A stretch of DNA of 64,000 bases, taken from NCBI GenBank assembly GCA_030390025.1, contig CM059433.1:2604001-2668000 (forward strand), given 5' to 3'. The stretch comes from Squalus acanthias (taxonomy: Eukaryota). Positions 27,091-39,599 of the stretch are shown here, one piece after another. Made by a program: the position numbers and the translations under genes. The notes under the pieces were generated by a model. It had not been told where the DNA came from. It did no database searches and saw only the letters and a list, made by a program, of their open reading frames with translations. Numbering within the stretch: position 1 is the first letter of the stretch; each line of letters begins with the position of its first letter.

Positions 27091-27805
27091 AAAATCTTCC
27101 ATGAACCAGCACAATCGGGCAGCGTAATAGAACATAATTTCTTCTATTTTTTTTCTTTCCATTTAAAGGTATTCCTTGATGTAGTTAAGAGCGGTAATCT
27201 GGCGCAGTTTTATTAATACAGCTGAAAATGGGTTTATCATCAAAAATAAACATTATTAATAAGGGTGTCCAGTCCTCCATCTGTGAGTAACCTGAGTTAA
27301 AATCACTGAAAATTATTTCTCAGATAGTTTATTAGTAAACTAAATATATTTTGAGCTGAAAAAACTTTCAAAGCATGTCTACTAGTGCCTGTGCACCTAA
27401 GTAAATGAGCGCAATTTGAAAAGCCATCCAGAACTAGCACAATCGGCAGAATCTCGCAATGGCGACCTGGGGGCGTGGCCAATTTTGTGGGCGGGGCCCG
27501 ATTCGGGAAAATTGAATCATGAACCCATGTAAAAGATCATGGAAAACATAAGCATAAGTGGTTTTGGGCGTAACTCGGTTTAAATTCCCCGATCTTTTGC
27601 ACTGGTTCGGCCGATCGCGTTGGAACCTGGGTGGAAATCTACCGCAAACAAGCAGAAACTCTAACTAACCCCATGTCTCGTGACTGCAGCAAGGTATAAA
27701 CAACTGTGTTTTCAAATCACTAGTCTGGATTTTCTAATGGTGGCAATAACCCACAATAACTGTGCTTTGGTAACCAGACAACCACAGATTGTTGGTGTAC
27801 ATTTA

Positions 27806-29241
27806 TATCTTCTCCTCTTAGGCAGTCCCTCGGAGCCGAGGATGACTTGCTTCCACATTAAAAATGAGTTCTCAGGTGACCGATGAGTCCAATGCGGGAC
27901 CTACAGTCTCTGTCACAGGTGGGGCAGATGGTGGGTGGGGTGCTTGGGTTGACGTGCGCTCCTTGTGCTGCCTGCGCTTGGCTTCCGCTTACTCCCGGCA
28001 AAGAGACTCAAGGTGATCGGCGCCTTCCTGGATGCTTCTCCTCCACTTTGTGCGGTCTTGGGCCAAGGATTCCCAGGTGTCGGTGGGGATGTTACACTTT
28101 TTCAAGGAGGCTTTGAGGGTGTCCTTGAAGCGTTTCCTCTGCCCACCTGGGGCTCTCTTGCCGTGTCGGAGCTCCGAGTAGAGCGCTTGTTTTGGGAGTC
28201 TCGTTTTGGGCATGCGGACAATGTGACCTGTCCATCGGAGCTGATCGAGCGTGGTCAAAGCTTCGATGCTGGGGATGTTGGCCTGAGCGAGAACACTGAT
28301 GTTGGTGCGCCTATCCTGCCAATGGACTTGCAGGATCTTGCGGAGGCAGCATTGGTGGTACCTCTCCAGTGCTTTGAGGTGCCTGCTGTACATGGTCCAT
28401 GTCTCTGAGGCATACAGCAGGTCGGGTAGTATTGCTGCTCTGTAGACCATGAGCTTAGTGCCGGGTTTGAGGTCCTGGTCTTCAAACACTCTCTTCCTCA
28501 GGCGACCGAAGGCTGCACTGGCACACTGAAGGCGGTGTTGGACTTCGTCATCGACGTCTGCCCTTGTTGACAGTAGGCTCCCGAGGTATGGAAAGTGGTC
28601 CACGTTGTCCAAGGCCTTGTCGTGGATTTTGATAATCGGGGGGCAGTACTGTGTGGCGGGGGCAGGTTGGTAGAGGACCTTTGTCTTACGGATGTTTAGT
28701 GTAAGGCCTATGCTCTCATATGCTTTGGTGAAGGTGTTGACGATGGTTTGGAGTTCGACCTCCGAGTGAGCGCAGACGCAAGCGTCGTCTGCATACTGTA
28801 ATTCGACAACAGAGGATGGGACGACCTTGGATCTGGACTGGAGGCGACGGAGGTTGAACAGTTTCCTGTTTGTTCTGTAAATTAGCTCCACTCCAGCGGG
28901 CAGCTTACTGAGGGTGAGATGGAGCATTGCAGCCAGGAAGATCGAGAAGAGCGTTGGTGTGATGACACAGCCTTGCTTGACCCCGGTCCGTACGTGAATT
29001 GGGTCTGTGGTGGAACCGTTGATCAGGATCACGGCTTGCATGTCGTCGTGAAGCAGGCGGAGGATGGTGACAAACTTTTGAGGGCAGCCGAATTTGAGGA
29101 GGACTCTCCATAATCCCGCACGGTTGACAGTGTCAAAGTCCTTTGTGAGATCAAAGGCGGCCATGTACAGCGGTTGGTGCTGTTCCCTGCATTTCTCTTG
29201 TAATTGACGTGCAGTGAAGATCATGTCCATTGTGCCCCTTA
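27806..29241 (-). mobile_element. RTE-clade (BovB-like) LINE, 5' truncated
   Basis: ORF 27989-29230: DMIFTARQLQEKCREQ, GVKQGC, YADD, FPYLGS. Confidence 0.93.
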
Positions 29242-30196
29242 GTTCATTTATATGTTATAAAGGAACTATCAGGTGCTCACAAGATTTACCATTATGTATC
29301 AGGTTCTAGATCAGCAAGAAGAAAATTGGCTTCCAATTTTATTCCGTATAAGGCACGCAATTGTCAAGTTAAATCAGAAGTTGATGAATAGGAGAAATAA
29401 ATAATTTAAATAAACTTCACATAAATCATTTATAAAGACTTCATAACAGCTTTTCAATTGAATTGTCTCTGTGCTGAGAGGGCAGTCACTCAATTCCATC
29501 ATTTACATAAAAACATCCACATTATTTTTAAGGAGCAGAGAAAGGGTGCTGGGCTGAACAAGCCTTTCCCTTTCTCATATATGATCCTCACCTACTAGTT
29601 GTCTCACCATTTCCGTCAATTCCTTCTCTATTTCTTGAATCTATTTATACTGTCTTCTTCAATGTTTGCTAGCAACCTTTTGGGTGAAAAAAAATCTGTC
29701 CGACTTCCATTCTTAATACTAACTTCCTAATTTTTAACCTCTGTTCCTGATAAAGTTGCCATTCTCCAAATCCAACAAAATGGCTTCATCAGCTTCTATA
29801 AAAGGTTTTAAACACTTGGGCAGATGGCTCAAGTCCATTTTCTGCGTCAAAAACCTGTCACTGGATGACAACATTAAGAACTGCTGACCCTGACTTGATG
29901 TTCACTCTGTGGACTTTCTGACCTATAAAGAATGGTCATGACACATCCTATAAATGTTTTAAAAAACACTCGGATTGACAGCCAGTAAATACAAAGTTCA
30001 TCTGCTTTGGGCTCAGAGTACATCGCTACATCCCTAGCCTTAGCAAACTATCCTTTATTCTAGTTTCTGTGGTGCTCAGTAAAGCTCAAACTGCAATTTT
30101 GTAACTCACTCCCTCTCAGGATCTAATATTTTTGAGAGCACTATTTCACACTTCCCTCCATAAGTGTTTCTTCTGGTGGAATGGTTCAGGACCATT

Positions 30197-31090
30197 GGGG
30201 GTAAAAATTCAGTTGGTTGCGCCTCCCGTTAGCGCCTTAAGAGGGCGCTAATGGGGCGCAAAGCCACTAACGCCCGGGCGCAGTGATGTTTGCGCCGCTC
30301 GGGAACTTAACTAGAGATTGTGCGGCGGCGCTAAACTTTACCGCTGCGACCACCTGCGCGCGCAGATTGTGACGTCATTCCATGGTGCAACGCCCTTGTG
30401 GCGCCCCGGAGCGGAAATTGAGTGGCGCCCCCTGCCTTACCGCCTGGCGCATCCAACGACCAGAAGACTGGAACGCTATCAATCGCTGTGGGGCTGGGGG
30501 GGGCGCTATTTAAAGGGGGCCTCTTCCTGTCTTTTATTGTTGGTGGCATTTTTGAACTACGCATTCTGAGAGAGAGAGGGAGAGACTTCTGGAGAGATTC
30601 AACGTTGTGTGAAGGAGTTTTGGGTACTGAGCAGCACTTTGCAGGTTCATTTTGATTTGCCATTCCTTGTATCGATTTAGCAGAGACTGTGGGAGCTGCA
30701 CGCTGAGCTCTTTGCCTGGTACTCTCCATTGTTCTTTCCAGCACATTTGATGTGCAAGTCTCTCCAGGCCGAGATTCAAGGCTGCAATGAACAGGATGTG
30801 GATGGAAAGCAAGATTAACCATCCCCTTTAAGAACTGGCCCGTGCCATTGTGTGTGTGTTCCATTGCTGACTGACATTACATGAGCTTCGCCAGCGCTCT
30901 GAGTTAGCGCCTCACTCCTTGGCCTTTGCGCCTTAAGACAGGTGTGCAGCGCCTGATTTAGCGCTCCACTCACCTCCCGGGGCGGTAAAAGTGAAGTTTC
31001 CAGTCAGTGCCGATAATTAGCGCCAGGCGCTAATATTTGCGTCCAGACGATATTTGCGCCCCAAATGGGGCACGACCTAATTTTTCCCCC
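30197..31090 (-). mobile_element. MITE family A, copy 3 (reverse orientation, variant subtype)
   Basis: Same TIRs, flanks ATT/CTT. Segment ~30340-30500 differs from the other copies. Confidence 0.88.
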
Positions 31091-32451
31091 CTTGATATTT
31101 CCCTTCCGGGAAGGATTAGTGATTCCAGCCTCCCTTTTACTAATAGGAGTGACCATTGTGATGGCTCTAAACACTCACCTATTCACGAGAGCTCTCCAGC
31201 TCCATCTCCTCCATCAATGGTGACTTCAATCTGTACTCCTCTGCCCTTCAAGAAGAATAGGCTCGGCACCAGCTCATGACTCATCCTGGAAGACTCAGGT
31301 GAGCTACACTCTACATGGAATCCTTCTCACCATTCCTTTTCCTCAACTTTCAATTACTACAGGCAGTTTCCTAATGGAATAGGGAACTCACCTCCAAGAA
31401 ACTGGCTACAAGCCAAGTGTACTTCATCTCAGTCCAAACAGCACATGAACCATGTCAAAATGAAGACTGTGCAGTTGGCACTAAGCACTAGTTTGAAGAA
31501 GGGCGGTGTTTATTTGGACTGCAAGCACCCTAGGAGTCTGCGAGCTAAACAAACATGGGGGGATTTGTTCCTGCACAGTCTGACGCAACGCAATCTAGCT
31601 CATTTGTTGATATGTGGATCAACAGACAATTATTTCTGTGTAACATTTGGCAGGAATAGGCAATGCATTCGGCCGTTTCATGGTCCAATCCCATGAGTGG
31701 AAAATCTCCCAGGATATTGTTCAGCTGATAGTCAAGGTTTGGGGATTTCCGGAGATAAGACTTATTTGCTTCTTCAGAAAACAACTAGCTCCCTCTTGTG
31801 TTTCAGAAAGAAAAAAAATCAGATGATCGACTGACTACCTCTCCTCCTCATAAATGCAAAAGTAGCTGTTCATAATTCACCCCTCCCTTTAATCCCTCGA
31901 GTAATTGAGAAGGCTTAAACAGTGAGGCCGACCCTAATTCCAATAACCTGCTATTGGCCATGCAAGATATGGATTTCTGACAATTCTTTTCCTTGCTCAG
32001 GATTCACTTCCCAATCTCTTCCTCCTCTGCCAATTTAATAATCAATTTTTTTTTAACCAAAATCCAGTATTATCCACTTGATGAGCTAGGTATTGAGAGA
32101 TGCCACTTGAGTGAAAAGGACCTCTTGTCTCCATTCGTGGATAAACTAATCAAATCCCAAAGAGCTTCCACTCTCAAGGCATATAGTGCAAAATGGGAAA
32201 GATGTGTTTTATGCTGTTGCTCTCAATCTGTTAACCCTTTTTGTGTAATTTTATCTATGTGTTCAGAGTTGAAAGTTGGTTGGAAACCCAGTTCTAATAT
32301 AATTCATGACGCCATCATTTCAGCTGTTCACAGCAGATCACCCACTAGTATCTCAGTTTCTGAAGGCTACCTGGAAATTGTATCCAGCGAGACCTCAGTT
32401 CGCTCTGGATCGGGATCTTAATTTAGCTTTGCATAAATTAACGTATCCTCC

Positions 32452-34077
32452 TGTAGAGTTTCGCAATTATCGCGATTCAAAATAACATGAGAGAAGCAGA
32501 TTCAATTGATTAGTTTTATTAAACGAAATGCTGTCCTAATAATAAAGGACACAGAAGCCTGTAAAATGGCCGCCGCGCATCATGGCAGAAGCTTCCAGAA
32601 ACACAGTGGGCAGACAAGATGGCGTCGAATATACATTCAGTATGAGATTGGATCATACTCGGTAAACATTGATAAAGACAGGATGCAACCCATTTGCATT
32701 GTGAACAATAGCAATGATATAAGTGCTGGAATCGTTTTCCTATGCACAGTAAGGATCATTGAACTGGGCAATCGAAGGCCCATCCAGACACGTCAATACA
32801 CAAATATCCCCCCGGCTCAACAATGAGAGAAACATTGGCGGGTGATTAAGCAAGTATTCGGGGGGCCCCAAAACCAGTCGAGGAGACGATTCATACACAT
32901 CCTGGCTGGCTCTACAATGGGGAAAACATTAACGGATAGTTGGCCAGTTTCAGGTGCTACCGAAACCCGTTAAGAAGATAATCGCCCCATGCTGGGAGTT
33001 TTAAGCGCCAAAATCACACAAAGGATATACATTTAGATTTGAGCGGGAGATAAAGCGGACACAACAGTATAACTATAGAGGACAAATGTCCATCGGTCTC
33101 TTGATTCTCTTATTCGCTTGCTGAAGCTCTTTTCCTTGGGGCTGGACTTTTGATAGTTTGATTCTCTGGACTCTGTTGACTCTTGACTCTTAGCCGTACT
33201 GGTCGGTTATTCGAGTGTTGGGTGGAGCTCAATCGGAACGAGCCGCCTCGACAAGGGCAAGTAACAGGGCACACCATCCCGAGTGTCGGTAAATGGTGTC
33301 TGGACCCGAAGGCCCGAGAAGACGAGAAGAGAAGAAGACGAGAAGAAATTCCACGTGCCGCCACGGTCAGTAAACCCCAACCGCGCCCGAAAATATAACT
33401 AAAAGAACTTTCCTTTGAGTTCTACCGACTTCTACATGTGCCGCAACACAGGAAGATCCTTCTTTGAATTCTAAGACGGTTTGAGTCCATCGACTGCTTC
33501 ATGACAACAGGGAGTCTGGCCTGCTTGTCGCAGCAGCGAAAGTAAACAAGTGGGGTGCAGAAACCCTTCCAAACACGTGACAGTCAGGCGCTGCAGCGAA
33601 ACGAGCTGAGTGCCTCACTTTAAAATCTCCGAAGTAAAACGAGTGGTGAGCATGATTTCCGATCCTACAAATCCAGACGTAGTTTAGGTATTGTTAAGGG
33701 AGGGTGGTTTTTAATAAGGTTAAGATATAATGTGTTCCCCTTTTTACGATGTGCCGTGTGTTCTCCATTTCCATAGACCAAGTTTTATGAATGTGTGTAT
33801 ACTTGTACTCACTTTGATTTGCGCCTATGACATGTATTTCATGATTTTAGACGCCATGCAATAAAGATTTTCATTTTGTGCTATTCAACCGGGTCTATTT
33901 GAGTTTTTCTCTGCATTACTGCTCCTTGCATCTAAGTCCAGGTGTCAGAACCGTAAGGGCGAGTGGGTCGAACCACCCACAGGTGCTTATTGCAAAAGGG
34001 CTGGCCGGAGACCAGAGCAAGCAATAGTATAGGCAACGAAGGCCTAACCTCGCACCAGTACCGTTGAACCCCTTACA
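32452..34077 (+). mobile_element. Long solo LTR (1626 bp)
   Basis: TGTAG...TTACA termini with a perfect 4-bp TSD CTCC (32448-32451 and 34078-34081). AATAAA near 33860. Confidence 0.85.
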
Positions 34078-34404
34078 CTCCTTTAAATCACTAGTTTACT
34101 GCAAGCTCAGTTTTCTTTCCAAGAAAACTGAATTACTAGTAGTATTAGAGTCACAGAGTCATAACGGCACAGAAGGAGGCCATTCGGCCGATCGAGTCCG
34201 TACCAACTCTCTGTAGAACAATCCAGTCAGTCCCATTCCCCCGCTCTATCCCCGTAGCCCTGCAAGTTTATTTCCCTCAAGTGCCTATCCAGTCTCCGCT
34301 TGAAAATATTGAGTGTCTCCGCTTCCACCAATTCCATCGGCAGCGAGTTCCAGGTCCTCACCACTCACTGAGTAAAAAAGTTTTTCCTCACATCCTCCCT
34401 GTAT

Positions 34405-36944
34405 AGAGTCATAGGAGGAAAAATTCAGTCGCGCCCCATTTGGGGCGTAAATATCGTCCGGGCGCAAAAATTAGCGCCTGGCGCTAATTATCGCCACTGA
34501 CTGGAAACTTCACTTTTATCGACCCCTGAGGTGATTGGAGCGCTAAATCAGGCGCTTCACACCTGTCTTAAGGCGCAAAGGCCGAGGAGCGAGGCGCTAA
34601 CTCAGAGCGCTGGCGAAGCTCATGTGATGCTAGTCAGCAATGGAACACACACTCAATGGCACCGGCCAGTTCTTAAAGGGGATGGTTAATCTTGCTTTCC
34701 ATCCACATCCTGCTCATTGCAGCCTTGAATCCCGGCCTGGAGAGACCTGCACATCAAATCTGCTGGAAAGAACAATGGAGAGTAGCAGGGAAAGAGCTTA
34801 GAGTGCAGCCCCAACAGTCTCTTCTAAATCGATACAAGGAATGGCAAATCAAAATGAACCTGCAAAGTGCTGTTCAGTACCCAAAACTCCTTCACACAAC
34901 GTTGAATCTCTCCAGATGTCTCTCTCTCTCTCTCTCAGAATGCGTAGTTCAAAAATGGCACCAACAATAAAAGGCAGGAAGCGGTCACCTTTAAATAGCG
35001 CTCCCCCAGTCCCTTCATGACTGCAGAACGCTCCCCTGAACCTGTTGTTGCTAGCGTCAGGCGGTAAGGCAGGGGGCGCCACTCAATATCCGCTCCGGGG
35101 CGATACCGGGGCGTTGCACACTCGACTGACGTCACGATCTGCCGGCGCAGGAGATCGTGGCGGTAGTGTTTAGCGCCACCACAAAATGTCTAGTTAAGTT
35201 CACGAGCGGCGCAAACATCGCTGCGCCCGGCCGCTAGCTGCTTTGCGCCCCATTAGCGCCCTCTTAAGGCGCTAACGGGAGGCGCAACCAACTGAATTTT
35301 TCCCCCATAGAATCATAGATGTATACAGCACAGAAAGAGGCCCTTCGGCCCATCGTGTCCGCGCCGGCCTTTAAGCCCTATCTATTCTAATCCCATTTTC
35401 CAGCACTTGGTCCGTAGCCTTGTATGCTATGGCGTTTCAAGTGCTCATCTAAATGCTTCTTGAATGTTGTGAGGGTTCCTACCTCCACAACCCATTCAGG
35501 CAGTGAGTTCCAGATTCCAACCACCCTCTGGGTGAAAAAGCTTTTCCTCAAATCCCCTCTAAACCTCCTGCCCCTTACCTTGAAACTATGCCCCCTGGTT
35601 ATTGACCCCTCTACTAAGGGGAAAAGTTCCTTTCTATCTACCCTATCTATGCCCCTCATAATTTTGTACACCTCAATCAGGTCCCCCCTCAGCCTTCTCT
35701 GCTCTAAAGAAAACAACCCCAGCCTGTCCAGTCTCTCTTTATAGCTGAAGCGCTCCAGCCCAAGTAACATCCTGGTGAATCTCCTCTGCACCCTCTCCAA
35801 TGCAATCATAGTGTGGCGACCAGAACTACACACAATATTCCAGCTATGGCCTAACTAGCGTTTTGTACAGCTCTATCATAACCTCCCTGCTCTTATATTC
35901 TATGCCTCGGCTAATGATGGCAAGTATTCCATATGCCTTTTTAACCATCTTATCTACCTGTCCTGCTGCCTTCAGGGATCTATGTACATGCACACCAAGG
36001 TCCCTCTGATCCTCTGTCCTTCCTAGGGTCCTACCATTCATTGTGTATTCCCTTGCCTTGTTAGCCCTCCCAAAATACATCACCTCACACTTTTCAGGGT
36101 TAAATTCCATTTGCCACTGTTCTGCCCATCTGTCCAACCCGTCTATATCGTCCTGTAGCCTGAGGCTTCCCTCCTCGCTATTTAGCACTCCACCAATTTT
36201 TGTGTCATCTGCAAACTTACTGATCATACCTCCTACATTCATATCTAAATCATTAATGTACACTACAAACAGCAAAGGACCCAGCACCGATCCCTGCGGT
36301 ACACCACTGCACACAGGCTTCCAGTCACAAAAACAACCTCCAACCATAACCCTCTGCCTCCTGCCACTAAGCCAATTTTGGATCCAATGTGCCAAATTGC
36401 CCTGGATCCCATGGGCTCTTACCTTCTTGACCAGTCTCCCATGTGGGACTTTGTCAAAAGCCTTACTGAAGTCCATGTAGACCAGATCAACTGCACTACC
36501 CTCATCCACACACCTAGTCACCCCCTCGAAAAATTCAATCAAATTGGTTAGACATGATCTCCCCTGACAAAGCCATGCTGACTATCCTTGATTAATCCTT
36601 GCCTCTCCAAGTGGAGACTAATTCTGTCGCTCAGAATTTTTTCCAATAATTTCCCTACCACTGATGTTAGGCTCACTGGCCTGTAATTCCCTGGTTTATC
36701 CCTACTACCCTTCTTGAATAATGGTACTACGTTAGCTGTCCTCCAGTCCTCTGGCACCTCCCCTGTGGCCAGAGAGGTTCTGAAAATTTGTGTCAGAGCC
36801 CCTGCAATCTCCTCCCTTGCCTCACACAGCAGCCTGGGATACATCTCGTCCGGGCCTGGGAATTTATCCACTTTTAAGCCCACTAAATCCGCTAGTACCT
36901 CCTCCCTCTCAATACTAACTTGTTCAAGTATATCACAATCCAAG
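34405..36944 (-). mobile_element. CR1 B (RT region) with MITE copy 4 in its tail
   Basis: ORFs 35387-35833, 35844-36542 and 36548-36943 are consecutive CR1 RT segments. Confidence 0.92.
34414..35306 (+). mobile_element. MITE family A, copy 4
   Basis: TIRs as in the other copies, TSD ATA. Sits in the CR1 (ATAGAATC)n tail. Confidence 0.9.
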
Positions 36945-38449
36945 TGTATCTCTTGCCCAAAACCTTCAATCTGTGTCCCTTAGTCCTTGTACCATCAAAT
37001 AGTGGGAACAGCCTTTCCCCGTCTAGCCTATCCAAACCTGTCATAATCTTGTACAACTCTATCAAATCACCCCGCAACCTCCTTTGCTCTAATGAAAACA
37101 AATCCAGCTTCTCCAACCTGTCCTTGTAGCTAAGATCCCCCATCCCCGGAACCATTCTGGTAAATCTCCTCTGCACCCTCTCAAGGGCCTTCACATCCTT
37201 CCTAAAGTGTGGTGACCAGAACTGGACGCAATACCCACAGAATCAGTAAATGGTAGGCTGCTTATTTTTACCCTAATCAGAAATTTCTCAGAACCCATTT
37301 TAATTTCTACTGGAAATTGCTTCTCACTTTCATTTGGGATTGAAATTCTGATTCCATCATTTAATGCCCCGCCCACAGATCTAACCAGTAACAATGGGTT
37401 CACTACCTCAATACCAATGAGCCCTGCAGTTTTACATTAATTGCCCCAAATAATTCGGCACCAATTGCTCTATGTCCCCAAGACTCTGGAAAATCATTAA
37501 CTAATCAGCACAAAGCTATGTAGATAGCTGAATATATCACCTGCTTCAATTATAATTCCAGCATAGAGACCAGGGGTATAACTAAAAGCAATATCACCCT
37601 CTTCAGAGCGACATCATGGGCCTCTCTTAATCAAGTGCCCTCTATCCACAAAGCCATTATGTGGAATAATGCCCACATGTTCATGAAGCATGATTCCTTT
37701 GATTTCTAAGCTTTACAGGACCTTCCCTTCATTAGTTAAAAGCCCTATCTACCGCCCTAGTTATTCGATTCACCAGGACACTGGTCCCAGCCCGGATTAA
37801 GTGGAGCCCGTCCCCACGGAACAGCTCCCTCTTCCCCCAGTACTGGTGCCAGTGCCCCATGAATTGAAACCCCTTCCTCCCACACCACTCTTTGAGCCAC
37901 GCATTTAACCTTCTAATCTGTTTGTCCTTGTGCCAATTTGCGCGTGGCTCAGGTAACCATCCAGAGATTATTACCTGTGAGGTTCTGCAGTTTAATTTCG
38001 ACCCTAGCACCTCAAACTCTCTCAGTAGAACCTCATTCCTAGTTCTACCTATGTCGTTGGTTCCCACATGGTTCCTCACAGAGGCGGCGAACCTGGGTGG
38101 AGCGGCTGCGGCGAGGCGGCGGCTGTAAAAGAGGCGGCGACCAGGTAGGCCCACAGAGGCGGCGGTGACCAGGTAGGCTTACCAATCTGAGCCCCGAGAG
38201 CGGGAGAGAGAGAAGTAAAAAATAATCAAAGTGTGACGTCACCAGAAAGCAGGTAAGTGATTGGTTGGTGAGTATTTCTGTTTTTCTCCTTTTTTCCATA
38301 CTTAAATTCTGTGGTTTATAGTTTCTAGAGTCTCTGTGGTGTAGCGGGGACTGCTGTTAAGCAAGGGCCCTTGAGTATATCGTTTAATTGAAGTGAAATT
38401 GGTGGGATTCAATTAGTTTAATTTTAATTAATTAATTAAAGGGTAAGTC

Positions 38450-39428
38450 ATGGCAGGAGAGCTCGGCGCCGTGATATGCTCCTCCTGCAATATGTGGGAA
38501 ATCAGGGACGCTTCCTGTATCCCTGATGATCATGTGTGTGGGAAATGTATCCAGCTGCAGCTACTGACGGACCGCATTGCGGCGCTGGAGCTGCGGATGG
38601 ATGCATATTGGAGCATTCGCGACGCTGAGAACGTAGTGGATAACACGTTTAGCGAGTTGGTCACACCGCAGGTAAAGGGTGTACAGGCAGGAAGTGAATG
38701 GGTTACCACCAGGCAGAGTAAGAGGTGCAGGCAGGTAGTGCAGGGGTCCCCTGTGGCCATCCCCCTCTCAAACAGATATACCTCTTTGGATGCTGTTGGG
38801 GGGGATGACTTATCAGGGGAAGGCGGCAGCAGCCGACTTATCAGGGGAAGGCGGCAGCAGCCAACTTCCTGGCACCATGGGTGGCTCTGCTGCACAGGCT
38901 GGGAGGAAAAAGTGTGGAAGAGCTATAGTGATAGGGGATTCAATTGTAAGGGGAATAGATAGGCGTTTCTGCGGCCGCAATCGAGACTCCAGGATGGTGT
39001 GTTGCCTCCCTGGTGCAAGGGTCAAGGATGTCTCGGAGCGGCTACGGAACATTTTGGAGGGGGAGGGCAAGCAGCCAGTTGTCGTGGTGCACATAGGCAT
39101 CAACGATATAGGTAAAAAACGGGATGAGGTCCTAAAAGCAGAATATAGGGAGTTAGGAGGTAAATTAAAAAAGAGGACCTCAAAGGTAGTAATCTCAGGA
39201 TTGCTACCAGTGCCACGTGCTAGTCGGAGTAGAAATAGGAGGATATTTCAAATGAATACGTGGCTAGAGGAATGGTGCAAGGGGGAGGGATTCAAATTCC
39301 TTGGACATTGGAACCGGTTCTGGGGGAGGTGGGACCAGTACAAACGGGACGGTCTGCACCTGGGCAGGGCCGGGACCGATGTCCTAGGGGGAGTGTTTGC
39401 TAGTGCTGTTGGGGAGGGTTTAAACTAA
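38450..39428 (+). pseudogene. CR1 ORF1 (zinc finger, coiled coil, SGNH esterase-like), frameshifted
   Basis: CSSC..CGKC, GDS, GIND and DGLH motifs. A 28-bp tandem duplication at 38807-38862 breaks the frame. Confidence 0.9.
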
Positions 39429-39599
39429 AGTGGCAGGGGGTTGGGAACCTGAGCAGGGAGACAGAGGAAAGGGAAACAAGGATAAAAGCTAAAGACAGGA
39501 AGGAGAAAAACAAAAGTAGAAGGCAAAGAACTCAACGGTTTAAATCAAACATGGTCACAGTAAATATTAATTCATACAGGTCTGAGAGCGTTAAAAAAC

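Larger units (their letters stand above)
34147..37232 (-). mobile_element. CR1 3' fragment A (34147-34404 plus 36945-37232), split by CR1 B
   Basis: The two halves rejoin as CCCTGTATCTCTTGCCC. TGTAT is duplicated at 34400-34404 and 36945-36949. Confidence 0.85.
29740..37720 (+). mobile_element. Highly degraded DIRS-type retrotransposon in pieces (RT ~29740-30196; RNase H and MT-like ~31300-32000; YR ~32100-32451, 34078-34146, 37232-37720)
   Basis: Hand-translated remnants in DIRS domain order: TPSQDLIFL, ITTGSFLME*GTHL, EWKISQDIV..WGFPEI/DLFAS, YWPCKIWISD, STLKAYSAKWERC, DLNLALHKLTYPP, EILIPSF, RATSWASL..KAIMW..HMFMKH. Confidence 0.75.
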
